53,469 nt of DNA from Candidatus Jordarchaeia archaeon. GTDB taxonomy: Archaea; Asgardarchaeota; Jordiarchaeia; Jordiarchaeales; Jordiarchaeaceae. Where the stretch lies: NCBI GenBank assembly GCA_029856435.1, contig JAHQXB010000106.1:1-53469 (forward strand). Direction: 5' to 3'. The notes below the pieces were generated by a model, which saw nothing but the letters and a program-made list of their open reading frames with translations, was not told where the DNA came from and made no database searches. Within the stretch, counting starts at the first letter, position 1. Each line of letters opens with the position of its first letter. This document shows positions 19,606 through 28,757 of the stretch, one piece after another. A program made the translations under genes and the position numbers.

Positions 19606-20976
19606 ATGGAGAGATTTACACAAATGTCTACACCTCATCCTAAAGATTACATCGGCAAGAAAGATTTCGCAGAACCCCTAAAACTCACTGATAATCAAAT
19701 CTTCTTTGAAGGGGTCAGCATTCAAAACCTAGCAGAAACCTTGGGGACCCGCATCTACGTCCTAAGCTTGGACCAATTAAAAAGAAATGCTCAAAGACTT
19801 CAAGAAGCCTTTAAAAACTACCCCTCTTTCAAACCCTGCTACGCCTTGGCCGCCAACCACCTCCCTCAAGTAGCCCAGACCCTAGTAGACCAAAAATTTG
19901 GAATAGAAGTAGTAAACATTTACGAATTAAGATACACTCTAACACAACTAAAAAATGTACCATACATTATCTGCAACGGAGCTTCGAAAAGCTGGAGTTC
20001 AAAAAGGCAGGACAAAAACCTAATACAGACGGTAATCAGCTTACAAAAAGAAAGAAACATAACCCTAAACTTCAACTCCATCGAAGAAATCAAATACACG
20101 AAAAACCTCTGCCAAAAACAAAACACCGAGCTAGAAGCCGGAATATCCCTAAACCTAACTCACCACATCCAAAACTACGAAAAACCTAGTGGAGCCGCAA
20201 GATTCGGAATCCCTCCCGAACAACTACCCCAAGTAATCAAGCTTCTCAAAAACTCAAAAATCAAAATAACAACCCTCCAATCTCACATAGGAACCCAAAT
20301 AACCCAACTCCAGAAACTAGTTCAAAACGCACAACTACTATCCCAATACGCAACACAAATAACAAAAGAACTAGGAACAGCCATAGAAAACCTAAACCTC
20401 GGCGGAGGAATCGCAGTCAACTACTACAAAGCAGAAAACCACCCCCTCAATCCCAACTACACCATCGAGGAATACGCCCAAAAAACCACCCAACAAATAA
20501 TTAAAATCCACCAAGAAAGCAATGCAAATCCATTCACAATCATAATCGAAACAGGAAGATGGCTAACCGCAAACACTATGATACTCCTAATCAAAGCAAC
20601 AGAAATAAGTCAACCCCCCCAACAATACCCTTGGATAGTAACCGACGGAAGCGCTCTAACGGACACCAATGACGCGGTCTGGATAGCACAACACTTCGAA
20701 ATAATCAACGCTACCAAACCCACCCAAAAACCCACACAATACTACAACATAGCTGGAATCACCTGCGACACCAATGATACCTTTGCATGGTCAAAAAACA
20801 ACACCGGCCCTCGAAAACTTCCTAAAACTCAACCCGGAGACATCCTCATAGTCCTAGACGTAGGAGCCTACCAACTCGCCCTCAGAAACAACTTCAACCT
20901 ACTACCAAAAGCACCAATATACACACCAGAAGGCAAACCAATAAATGAACCAAATATGGAAATAAGTAGCTTTTGA
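19606..20976 (+). CDS. Diaminopimelate/ornithine decarboxylase-family protein lacking the PLP lysine
   Basis: YALAAN (canonical YAxKAN), ARFG, SHIGTQI, NLGGG, ETGR, GITCDTND, GAY; ATG 19606 after GAGGAG. Confidence 0.85.
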   Translation: MERFTQMSTPHPKDYIGKKDFAEPLKLTDNQIFFEGVSIQNLAETLGTRIYVLSLDQLKRNAQRLQEAFKNYPSFKPCYALAANHLPQVAQTLVDQKFGIEVVNIYELRYTLTQLKNVPYIICNGASKSWSSKRQDKNLIQTVISLQKERNITLNFNSIEEIKYTKNLCQKQNTELEAGISLNLTHHIQNYEKPSGAARFGIPPEQLPQVIKLLKNSKIKITTLQSHIGTQITQLQKLVQNAQLLSQYATQITKELGTAIENLNLGGGIAVNYYKAENHPLNPNYTIEEYAQKTTQQIIKIHQESNANPFTIIIETGRWLTANTMILLIKATEISQPPQQYPWIVTDGSALTDTNDAVWIAQHFEIINATKPTQKPTQYYNIAGITCDTNDTFAWSKNNTGPRKLPKTQPGDILIVLDVGAYQLALRNNFNLLPKAPIYTPEGKPINEPNMEISSF

Positions 20977-21058
20977 TACTTCCCGCAAAGGTCGGTGATC
21001 CCTCATCAATGATTCCTATAAAGGAATATAACCAAAAAGAGAAAAACCGCCACAAAAG

Positions 21059-21586
21059 CTAAGTGTAATCAATTAGAATTCTAGTAAGATCTCTAAATGC
21101 GGCCTCCACATTGGTGCCCTCCTTTGCACTAGTCTCAAAGTATACCATATTATGATTAATTGCGTACTCCAAAGCCTCCTCTAGAGAAACCGCTCTACCC
21201 GGCATATCTGTTTTGTTACCAACCATAACCATAGGGATGGAGGGACAGTGCTTGCCAACTTCTTCTAACCAATTCTCCAAATGTTCAAAAGACTCCCGCT
21301 TAGTCACATCATAAACCAATAATCCACCCATAGCACCACGATAATACAAAGGACGAATATAAGAAAACCTCTCCTGACCACCAGTATCCCAAATCTGCAA
21401 CTTAGCCGTCTTAAGACCATTATTCGTATTAACACTAACCGTCTTCACTGCAAAATCAACGCCTATGGTCATCTTGTAATCCTCCTTGAAGTATCCCTGC
21501 GAAAAGCGAACAGTTAAGCTTGTCTTCCCGACGGCTCCGTCACCGATTACTATGATTTTGAAGAGATAATCGTAATCCCTAGACAT
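21059..21586 (-). CDS. Rab-like small GTPase (eukaryotic signature protein)
   Basis: GDGAVGKTS, IGVDF, KLQIWDTGGQERF, YYRGA, LVYDVT, NKTD, ETSAK; no C-terminal Cys motif. Confidence 0.95.
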   Translation of the reverse strand: MSRDYDYLFKIIVIGDGAVGKTSLTVRFSQGYFKEDYKMTIGVDFAVKTVSVNTNNGLKTAKLQIWDTGGQERFSYIRPLYYRGAMGGLLVYDVTKRESFEHLENWLEEVGKHCPSIPMVMVGNKTDMPGRAVSLEEALEYAINHNMVYFETSAKEGTNVEAAFRDLTRILIDYT

Positions 21587-21985
21587 AGTACTACACTTCT
21601 CCTTATGATTTGGTTATATTGTGCTATTATCCTTCAGTCTCATTCTTGTGATTCTTACCGTTTTTGAAAAATTTAAAACTTTCTTAAACAAAGTTTTTCT
21701 AAATTTAAATTAGTCGGGGAGGCAGAGTTACAATTACATTCCTCATATTATTATTTACGAATTTGCTGTAATAGTCCTGTTTGCATCGTTAGATTGGCTG
21801 GCACCGAACAGCATCCCCTAGAACACTGTTTAAAAGAAATATTGATAATCCCTAATTAGTGTTGGGAGCCTAGGTATTGCGATTTTTGGTAGGGGGAATT
21901 TTACAGAAAAATTATGTACTAAATCGGATTTTTACAGAAATTTGGGGAGAGGTGGTTTTCCTAATTGTCTCTTGTTGTAGTTTTT

Positions 21986-23203
21986 TTAAATCTGTGATAA
22001 GAAGAATTTTCGGAAGCTTTCTAGGCTTTCTTTGGGTGCTTTTTCTGAGTAAATGTGTAGGGTCCATTGCGTGGGTTGATTTTCGCTTATTGCTCTGGTT
22101 ATGCTTGAAATGTCTCGGAGAGATTTTTTCTCATCATTGAGCATTATGGGAGTGTTTGCTTCTTGGATTCTTGGGAGTTCAGGTATATCTAGTATGGTGA
22201 GGTTGGGGTCGCTGTTTATGTGTTCAGCTATACTCTCCTCTATGTTTTCTTTTTCCTGTTTGTCTTTGGCTACTTTTAATAATTGTTTTACTATATCCTT
22301 ATCAAGTTCCTCCCATTTCATGGTTAGAATGGTATCTAACGGTTTATTATGTATTTTCGATGTTAGTCGGGTAATGGTTCCTCCCGCCTTTTTTAGGAAG
22401 GAAATTATTTGTTCGTCGGTCATTTTTTGGATTTCAAATATTGTTGTTACCCCCTTTTCAACTGCGATCTTTATGGCCCTGGAGAGAGTTTGATCCGCTT
22501 TTCTTACTGTGGGGTGGTGGTGAATATTTTTGTAGTAAATGGCTTCTGCGAAAACCATGGAGTCCAAGTAGGGAATCACGCTTTTCTCAAAAACTATGTG
22601 TTCGTCAAGAATTCTCATAGAATCGATTATGCGTGAGCTCTGAACTAGGTGAGGTAAAAATCCTGTGGAGAGGGAGTCTCGTGGTAGATAGTCCAATTTG
22701 TCTGCGTCCACCATCCAATGAATGATTTCTCCTATTAACGGTCTTCTCTTATTCACCCCTAAAATGTTGTTGGCTATCTCACTGATTAAATTTTTACTTA
22801 ACCCTGAGTCTCTAAGCACCTCATTTATCTCTGATTTTTCGTCCATAACTATTCTCTTACCCATTTCCTCGTGGGTGAGGCCCGTTTTTTCTTGAAGAAT
22901 TATCTCTGATCCATGGGAAAAGGGACCGTGACCCACATCGTGAAGAAGAGCTGATAGCCTAATAATCTCCACCTCCTCCCCAATTTTATAATCTTTTTTT
23001 AATAGTGTGTCGCAAATCCGGTTAGCAACATACAGTGTTCCTAAGCTATGCTCTAGACGTGTATGCCTGGCGCCAGGATAAACTAGGTTAATATTACCTA
23101 TATCCATCTTTCCTGAAAGGGACCTCATAATACGGGTGCCTAGAAGTTTCTGCTCCAGCTCATTAACCTGAATTTTACCATATATAACATCCTGAAAATA
23201 CAT
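21986..23203 (-). CDS. HD-domain dNTP triphosphohydrolase (SAMHD1/YdhJ-like)
   Basis: HTRLEHSLG, LLHDVGHGPFSH, DADKLDYLPRD; ATG 23203 chosen as the start. Confidence 0.88.
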   Translation of the reverse strand: MYFQDVIYGKIQVNELEQKLLGTRIMRSLSGKMDIGNINLVYPGARHTRLEHSLGTLYVANRICDTLLKKDYKIGEEVEIIRLSALLHDVGHGPFSHGSEIILQEKTGLTHEEMGKRIVMDEKSEINEVLRDSGLSKNLISEIANNILGVNKRRPLIGEIIHWMVDADKLDYLPRDSLSTGFLPHLVQSSRIIDSMRILDEHIVFEKSVIPYLDSMVFAEAIYYKNIHHHPTVRKADQTLSRAIKIAVEKGVTTIFEIQKMTDEQIISFLKKAGGTITRLTSKIHNKPLDTILTMKWEELDKDIVKQLLKVAKDKQEKENIEESIAEHINSDPNLTILDIPELPRIQEANTPIMLNDEKKSLRDISSITRAISENQPTQWTLHIYSEKAPKESLESFRKFFLSQI

Positions 23204-23255
23204 ATTAGCAGTTCCCACCACTATTAATTTAAACCTAGTGAACAAGCCTCATCAG

Positions 23256-24299
23256 ATGAAAAAAATGAAAGTATTCCTCGCAATTCTTGATGGATGCAAT
23301 ATTAATTGGATAATAAACGCCAAAACACCATTCCTAGACAAATTGTCAAATAGGGGAGCATCCACCCTATCCTGCCACGCAGTTTTCCCCACAGCAACCT
23401 ACACTGGACATACATCCATAATTACTGGAGTATATCCCGGAGAGCACGGCATAATAGGAAACCAGTTCTACGATAGGGAGACTAGGGAAACAAGAAATTT
23501 TGATTTTTACGATCCAAACCTTTGCCTAGAAACTGCAACCATATTCGAGGAAGCTCAAGCGGCGGGATTTAAAACAGCAGCCATAGGGGAACCAGTCACT
23601 AAAGGGGCGAAACACATTATTTCAAAAAAACATATTCAAAGTTTTCCAGTCTCAAGTCAGAACAGTAAAGTTTTTGAAGAATCCATAAAGCTGATAAAGA
23701 GAGAAAAGCCTGACCTGATAATAGCCAATTTCCCCGCAGTAGACAGCTTCGGCGAAAACTATGGACCAAAAAGTAAAGAAGTCCTAAAAATTGTAGAAGA
23801 AGTAGATAACATTCTAAAGAAAACCTTTGAGGAGTACAAATCGCTAGGCCAAGAAATCTGCATGATCGTTTCCGCAGACCATGGCATGACGGAAGGCCAA
23901 AAACAAATACAACTAAATAAATTACTGAAAAACAAAAAGCTAGACGCTATCTCTTTGGCCTCACACAGAACCAGCCACATATACATAAATTCCCCAAAAC
24001 AAATTGATGAAGTATACAAGTTTTTAAGTGAAACGAAAGGTATTCTAGAGGTTATGGATGGCAAACGAATTTCCGAATTAAAATTTTCACATCCCCGAAG
24101 CGGTGACCTAGTTGTAACCGCCGAAAAGGGCTATGAGCTAGGAGACATGAAAATAAAGGGAAGCCACGGTGGAATCACGGAAGAAGAGATGAAAGTCCCA
24201 CTAATAATCTCCCAAGATGGACTGTTAAATTCTTCAGAGTTGGAAAAAGCGTCTATACTGGAAATAGTCAAGATTATAAAAAGGGCATTGGGTTTATGA
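23256..24299 (+). CDS. Alkaline-phosphatase-superfamily nucleotide pyrophosphatase/phosphodiesterase
   Basis: ILDG, VFPTATYTGHTSIITG, DSFGE, SADHGM, GSHGG. Confidence 0.88.
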   Translation: MKKMKVFLAILDGCNINWIINAKTPFLDKLSNRGASTLSCHAVFPTATYTGHTSIITGVYPGEHGIIGNQFYDRETRETRNFDFYDPNLCLETATIFEEAQAAGFKTAAIGEPVTKGAKHIISKKHIQSFPVSSQNSKVFEESIKLIKREKPDLIIANFPAVDSFGENYGPKSKEVLKIVEEVDNILKKTFEEYKSLGQEICMIVSADHGMTEGQKQIQLNKLLKNKKLDAISLASHRTSHIYINSPKQIDEVYKFLSETKGILEVMDGKRISELKFSHPRSGDLVVTAEKGYELGDMKIKGSHGGITEEEMKVPLIISQDGLLNSSELEKASILEIVKIIKRALGL

Positions 24300-24642
24300 T
24301 CAAAAAAGTAGCCACTTCCAAGATTTTTTAAAATTCAGCTTGATTTATCGACAATTTTCGGTCGCTTTTCAATTGTTTTTCAAAAAATGCAACATAGTAG
24401 ATACCTTTTTGCTACTAATTTGAACATTATTTTTATATAGTTAATATATATTATATTATTTATTGGAACTATATTCAAATATATAGAACAAAAGAGGTGG
24501 AGTCAAAAATCAAAATAAACACCAGAACATCAAAACTCACTACTAGGTCACCGTTTTATCTTCTTTCTTTTGGGTCACCAGTTTTCACTCCTGAGAAGTT
24601 TTCACTCTCTCTTAATGACTCCCTGTGGGAGGGCTGTAACTT

Positions 24643-25032
24643 ATGGGAATAGTTATGGTTCTGGATGAAAAGGCGATGAGACGCCTGTTGAAAAAAGGTG
24701 TAGTTTATACCTTTAGGATGAATCGAAGGACTGGAATAGAAAACTGGTTTGGAAGTGGTTGCATATTCAAAAATGGAAATCTCCTCTACGATACTCCCAA
24801 GAAGATAAATGTCATCGTTGAGGAGATAGGAGAAATAAATCCCCAAAAGGATCTTGTGTGGTACCTTAAGGATAGCGGTTTCGATACTTTGGAGGAGTGG
24901 CAGAAGGCGATAAAAAAACACTATGATGTGTTTAGCGGGCTTAACGAGAAAAGTAACAGTTTGCCAAAAAAAGGCTGGCTCTATAAAATCATATACTTTA
25001 AGGATGATGAGAAAAATGAAAATAAAATGTGA
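24643..25032 (+). CDS. Hypothetical protein, ASCH/PUA-like
   Basis: T-x-R near the N-terminus and SGFDTLEEW...IKKHY resemble ASCH-domain motifs. Confidence 0.5.
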   Translation: MGIVMVLDEKAMRRLLKKGVVYTFRMNRRTGIENWFGSGCIFKNGNLLYDTPKKINVIVEEIGEINPQKDLVWYLKDSGFDTLEEWQKAIKKHYDVFSGLNEKSNSLPKKGWLYKIIYFKDDEKNENKM

Positions 25033-25264
25033 GAATCTACAATTCGAAAGTGTATGGTGTCCAAGTTGTGGAGCACCAATGGCCATAAAGGATAAGACGG
25101 ACGCTTGGATGAGTAAGGCGGACGGGGGCTCAATCTACGTAGCAAAGACAGTCTACACTTGCCAAGACTGTAATGTTTCAGCAGAAGTGGTATGGACTTG
25201 GAAACCGAAAAAGGAAAAAATACCTAACCAAACCATTATACCAAAAACCACAATAAAAACGTAA
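25016..25264 (+). CDS. Small zinc-ribbon protein
   Basis: CPSC...CQDC; overlaps the 3' end of the upstream ORF. Confidence 0.6.
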   Translation: MKIKCENLQFESVWCPSCGAPMAIKDKTDAWMSKADGGSIYVAKTVYTCQDCNVSAEVVWTWKPKKEKIPNQTIIPKTTIKT

Positions 25265-25361
25265 CAATCAAGTAATAAACTGAAAGTCAAACAGACTGGG
25301 AAACAAGTGCAGAGAACCCACTGCAACATACCTATTTGGAAGGCATAGGGTGAAAAAAGGG

Positions 25362-26057
25362 TCAGCTAATATTAGACCTCTCTTTGCCTCTCATTTTACT
25401 TATTTGTTTTAATATCAATTGTAAAGCTTCTCTCAGACCTTGGTTTTGAGTCGCCACGGTTCCCACAACTGGTACGTCCATTCCAATGCTCAGCTGCTTG
25501 GCTACATCTTCTGGCTTCATTGCTCCTTCAAGATCTTGCTTGTTGGCGAGAATAACTACAGGTACATTCTCGCTTATTTCCCTCTTTACTCGATACAGGA
25601 TGTCTCGCGCCAAACTAAAAGTTTCAGGATTTGTGCTGTCCACCACAAGAAGAACCCCAGCGCTCCCCTTGGCTAAAATCTCTTGCATAAAGGCAAAGCG
25701 TGTATGTCCGGGAGTTCCAAAAATGTGAAGGTCAAAAACATTAATCTCATCGTACTTTCTGCCAAAATCGAAGCCAACAGTTGTTTGTAATGCGTCTATG
25801 CTTGTGGCTTTTCTTGAAAGGTTGGAAACGATAGTGCTTTTTCCTGCGTTATAGGGACCTGTTACTAATAGTTTGAGGACTTCTACATCTGATTTGCCCG
25901 AGGGTAGTGTGTTCTCAGTGCATATTAAAACGTTTCCGGAATCATCTTCAAAGAATAGGAGTAGGTCTCCGGAGCCTGCTTTCAACTTGTTTCTAACTTC
26001 TTTTGAAAGGGTTATCCGATTCTTGTCGCTTATCCTTGCTACGCCTAAGAGCTTCAT
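25362..26057 (-). CDS. AbrB-like DNA-binding domain fused to an MglA/Arf-related small GTPase
   Basis: N-terminal ISDKNRITLSKEVRNKLKAGSGDLLLF (AbrB); GPYNAGKS, TTVGFDFG, GTPGH, NKQD. Confidence 0.8.
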   Translation of the reverse strand: MKLLGVARISDKNRITLSKEVRNKLKAGSGDLLLFFEDDSGNVLICTENTLPSGKSDVEVLKLLVTGPYNAGKSTIVSNLSRKATSIDALQTTVGFDFGRKYDEINVFDLHIFGTPGHTRFAFMQEILAKGSAGVLLVVDSTNPETFSLARDILYRVKREISENVPVVILANKQDLEGAMKPEDVAKQLSIGMDVPVVGTVATQNQGLREALQLILKQISKMRGKERSNIS

Positions 26058-26180
26058 TGGCTTTCCCTATTAAGTGGATATTGCGAGAATATAAAAAGTT
26101 TACTAATTCCCACTTTTCCCACCGACACGCATTGCATTACATATTCAAAAAATAAAAAAGAGAAAAAAATTAAGTCGTGC

Positions 26181-26696
26181 TTAGTCTTCGACTTCTCTCC
26201 TTATTTCTTCTTCTAATGTTTCTACTCCTGGCTCTCCCTTGAGATCCTTGGCGAATATAATCTGGTAGCCGTACCTAATGAATCTAATTACAAACACTAT
26301 TAAAACTAGGCCGATTACGAAGCTGTAGTCAACCGAAGCCCACAATGTAGAGCCCCATAAGGTTTGATAGATGGAGCCATAAACCCATATAACTCTTAGC
26401 ATATTGGCAATTATGAAAACCCAAATTAGTGAGACAAAGTATCTTGCTATTCCGCAAGCCCCACTTAATCTGAAGTGGCTTCTGCGCGATGCTTTCTGAA
26501 AGAAGATAAATGTCGATATTACACATCCAAATAGTATCAACATGACTGGGTCTTTCTGCTGGATGAAGAAGCCATAAGTGTCTAAGATGGAAAATGTTAC
26601 AATGGGCACAATGGAAAAGAATACAAAATATTCTACTGCATACACAATTCCACTATACAGGGGGTTTGTTAATATAATTTTAATTAATGACATCAT
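26181..26696 (-). CDS. Hypothetical four-TM membrane protein
   Basis: Four hydrophobic helices and a charged tail; co-oriented with 26712-27239. Confidence 0.7.
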   Translation of the reverse strand: MMSLIKIILTNPLYSGIVYAVEYFVFFSIVPIVTFSILDTYGFFIQQKDPVMLILFGCVISTFIFFQKASRRSHFRLSGACGIARYFVSLIWVFIIANMLRVIWVYGSIYQTLWGSTLWASVDYSFVIGLVLIVFVIRFIRYGYQIIFAKDLKGEPGVETLEEEIRREVED

Positions 26697-26711
26697 TCAT
26701 TCCTCCGTAGT

Positions 26712-27239
26712 TCATGGAACATATTGGGGGCTGCTGAAAAATAGTGTGGTCGGCGTTATAATTAGGTTTAAGCCCGCAACAGGAAGATTGAACCAAATGA
26801 TAAAGACTGCAGTTAAATATATTGGTTGACCGTTGTCTTTCGCCCATCGTAAAGCCTCCCAAGGTATATCCAAATTTACATCTAAGAAGAAGGTTTTAGC
26901 ATATACTCCCAATAAAATTCGCGTAGGATCAGCAGATTTCAAAGGTATAGTCAACTCGTAGGGCCAAAGTATATAATCCATATTACTATCAATTACTGTT
27001 CCATTGGGAAATGATGCTTGGTAATAACCAACAAAATTGAGATCATAACCAAATCCACCGTAGTATAGAGTTTTTGGGGCACTGGGCGATAGGGCGAATT
27101 GAGCATTCAGAGTGGGAATGACCTGCAGCAACTGGGCGGCATTGTAACCTAGAAGAAGACCAACAGCTGATGAACCTAATCCTGCAACTATAGCCATCCA
27201 CTTTAAAAATTTGAAAGCCCTTCTCTTTAATGTAGACAT
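26712..27239 (-). CDS. Hypothetical membrane-anchored protein with a beta-rich extracellular domain
   Basis: Basic N-terminus, single TM/signal segment, NGT sequon. Confidence 0.7.
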   Translation of the reverse strand: MSTLKRRAFKFLKWMAIVAGLGSSAVGLLLGYNAAQLLQVIPTLNAQFALSPSAPKTLYYGGFGYDLNFVGYYQASFPNGTVIDSNMDYILWPYELTIPLKSADPTRILLGVYAKTFFLDVNLDIPWEALRWAKDNGQPIYLTAVFIIWFNLPVAGLNLIITPTTLFFSSPQYVP

Positions 27240-27308
27240 CTTATTTCCTCTAAATGTTTAATTTAGACAATAACATGTGTTAACATATAAAAATTTCTTG
27301 GACTGGTT

Positions 27309-27360
27309 GCCCGTAAAAAGATATTATCTTGACGGGCTAACGTGTTCCCCTAATTAGGGA
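27309..27360. repeat. Two adjacent palindromes in a divergent intergenic region
   Basis: Interrupted GCCCGT...AAGATA-T-TATCTT...ACGGGC (27309-27338) and perfect 14-bp TCCCTAATTAGGGA (27347-27360). Confidence 0.6.
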
Positions 27361-27757
27361 TGTATTAGTTTTGTTTATGACATATTCCGATTTCTACCAC
27401 GTTTAAGGTAGTGTATTGAGCAATTTTTAATTTCAGATGCTGGTAGGATTCAAGTGTTACCTTCATATCACATATTTTTAAATTATAAACTGCTGTTTTA
27501 AAAATTGCCGGCGTTTTTGGTTCTAGTTAGGGGTTTGGTGTGACTGTTATGTCGCTAGAAATTGCGAATACTCTCTCTCGCAACGGGGATCTCATTTTTA
27601 CGACCATATTTGATTCCACCAAATCCCCTAGAAAAAGGGAATCAAAAGAGGAATACGCCCTATTAGTAGAAATTGTGTGCGGGGGCCTTCTGAATTTTTT
27701 TGGGGGAAAGCGGTCTTCTAATATCTCTACTTTAAAGCTTAGGTGAGTGGAGTAGAA

Positions 27758-28372
27758 ATGACCGACTGGTTCTCAAGAATTGCGGGTATTTTTAAAAGAA
27801 ATGGAGAGTTCACATTAGGCATTTATGGCAGTCCTAACGCTGGTAAGACCACCCTTGCCAATAGACTATGCATGGACTGGATGGGCAGAGAAGCTGGGAA
27901 AGTTTCTCCCATTCCTCATGAAACTCGAACAGCCAATATTGTAGAACACCTAGAAATGCATTACAATGGCAAACGTCTCAGAATGAATGTTGTGGATATG
28001 CCGGGCATTTCCAGTAAAATTGATTACAAAGCCTTCCTTAAACATGGATTATCCACCGAGGAGGCAATTCAAAGAGCTAAAGAAGCAACGAGAGGGGTAA
28101 TCGAAGCCATCCAATGGCTAGATACTGTGGATCTTGCTTTAACGGTTTTCGATACAACTAAGGTACCCTTTGACCAAGTTAACCTAGTTATCTTGGGAAA
28201 CTTGAGAGCGAAAAATATACCCAACATCATAGTGGCAAATAAAATAGATCTGCCTAAATCTCGACCAAAACTAGTAGCTGAGTCTTTTCCTGACCATAAA
28301 TGCGTAGCAATATCTGCTCTGACGGGGGAGAACATAGAAGAGCTTTATAAACTAATCATAGAATCGCAGTGA
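27758..28372 (+). CDS. arvA: Small GTPase OapA/ArvA (archaeal vesiculating GTPase)
   Basis: GIYGSPNAGKTTLANR, SPIPHETR, VDMPG, AIQRAKEATRGVIEAIQWLD, ANKIDL; first gene of the typical three-gene cluster. Confidence 0.9.
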   Translation: MTDWFSRIAGIFKRNGEFTLGIYGSPNAGKTTLANRLCMDWMGREAGKVSPIPHETRTANIVEHLEMHYNGKRLRMNVVDMPGISSKIDYKAFLKHGLSTEEAIQRAKEATRGVIEAIQWLDTVDLALTVFDTTKVPFDQVNLVILGNLRAKNIPNIIVANKIDLPKSRPKLVAESFPDHKCVAISALTGENIEELYKLIIESQ

Positions 28373-28375
28373 GGA

Positions 28376-28744
28376 GTGATAACGAAAATGAATGCCAGAA
28401 TCGATATTATACCAGAATGGGTTTTAAACGGCCTATCTTCAGAAGACAAAATAAAATTCATAGTAGAAAAAGTCAAGAGAAACGTAATCTTGGTTCTTGA
28501 AGACATCCTCGAACCTGAAGAGCAAGCGGATCTAATAAGGCAAACAATGCTTGAGATAGACTGCGAAACATTTACCGGAATAGAACTACTTACCTTTAAT
28601 AAAAACTCCACAAACAAAGGATTCATGAGGCGGAAAAACAAACCCAACGGTGATTCAAAGATAACCATAATAGCCCCCGCAAGCAGTGTAAACGTTCTAA
28701 GAGAAACCTCCAGTATAATTTCACTAACATTCAAACAAGCTTAA
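28376..28744 (+). CDS. arvB: DUF2073 protein OapB/ArvB
   Basis: LSSEDKIKFIVEKVKRNVILVLE..LEPEEQADLI..TM.EID..FTGIE, ITIIAPA. Confidence 0.85.
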   Translation: MITKMNARIDIIPEWVLNGLSSEDKIKFIVEKVKRNVILVLEDILEPEEQADLIRQTMLEIDCETFTGIELLTFNKNSTNKGFMRRKNKPNGDSKITIIAPASSVNVLRETSSIISLTFKQA

Positions 28745-28757
28745 GAAGGAAATTACA

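Noticed and set aside
21895-21950. Repeated TTTTACAGAAA followed by a G-run as possible ORB elements
   Set aside because: Poor match to the TTCCAGTGGAAA ORB consensus, and no cdc6 nearby.
24556-25086. 176-aa minus-strand ORF
   Set aside because: Antisense shadow of the ASCH-like and Zn-ribbon genes; no motifs.
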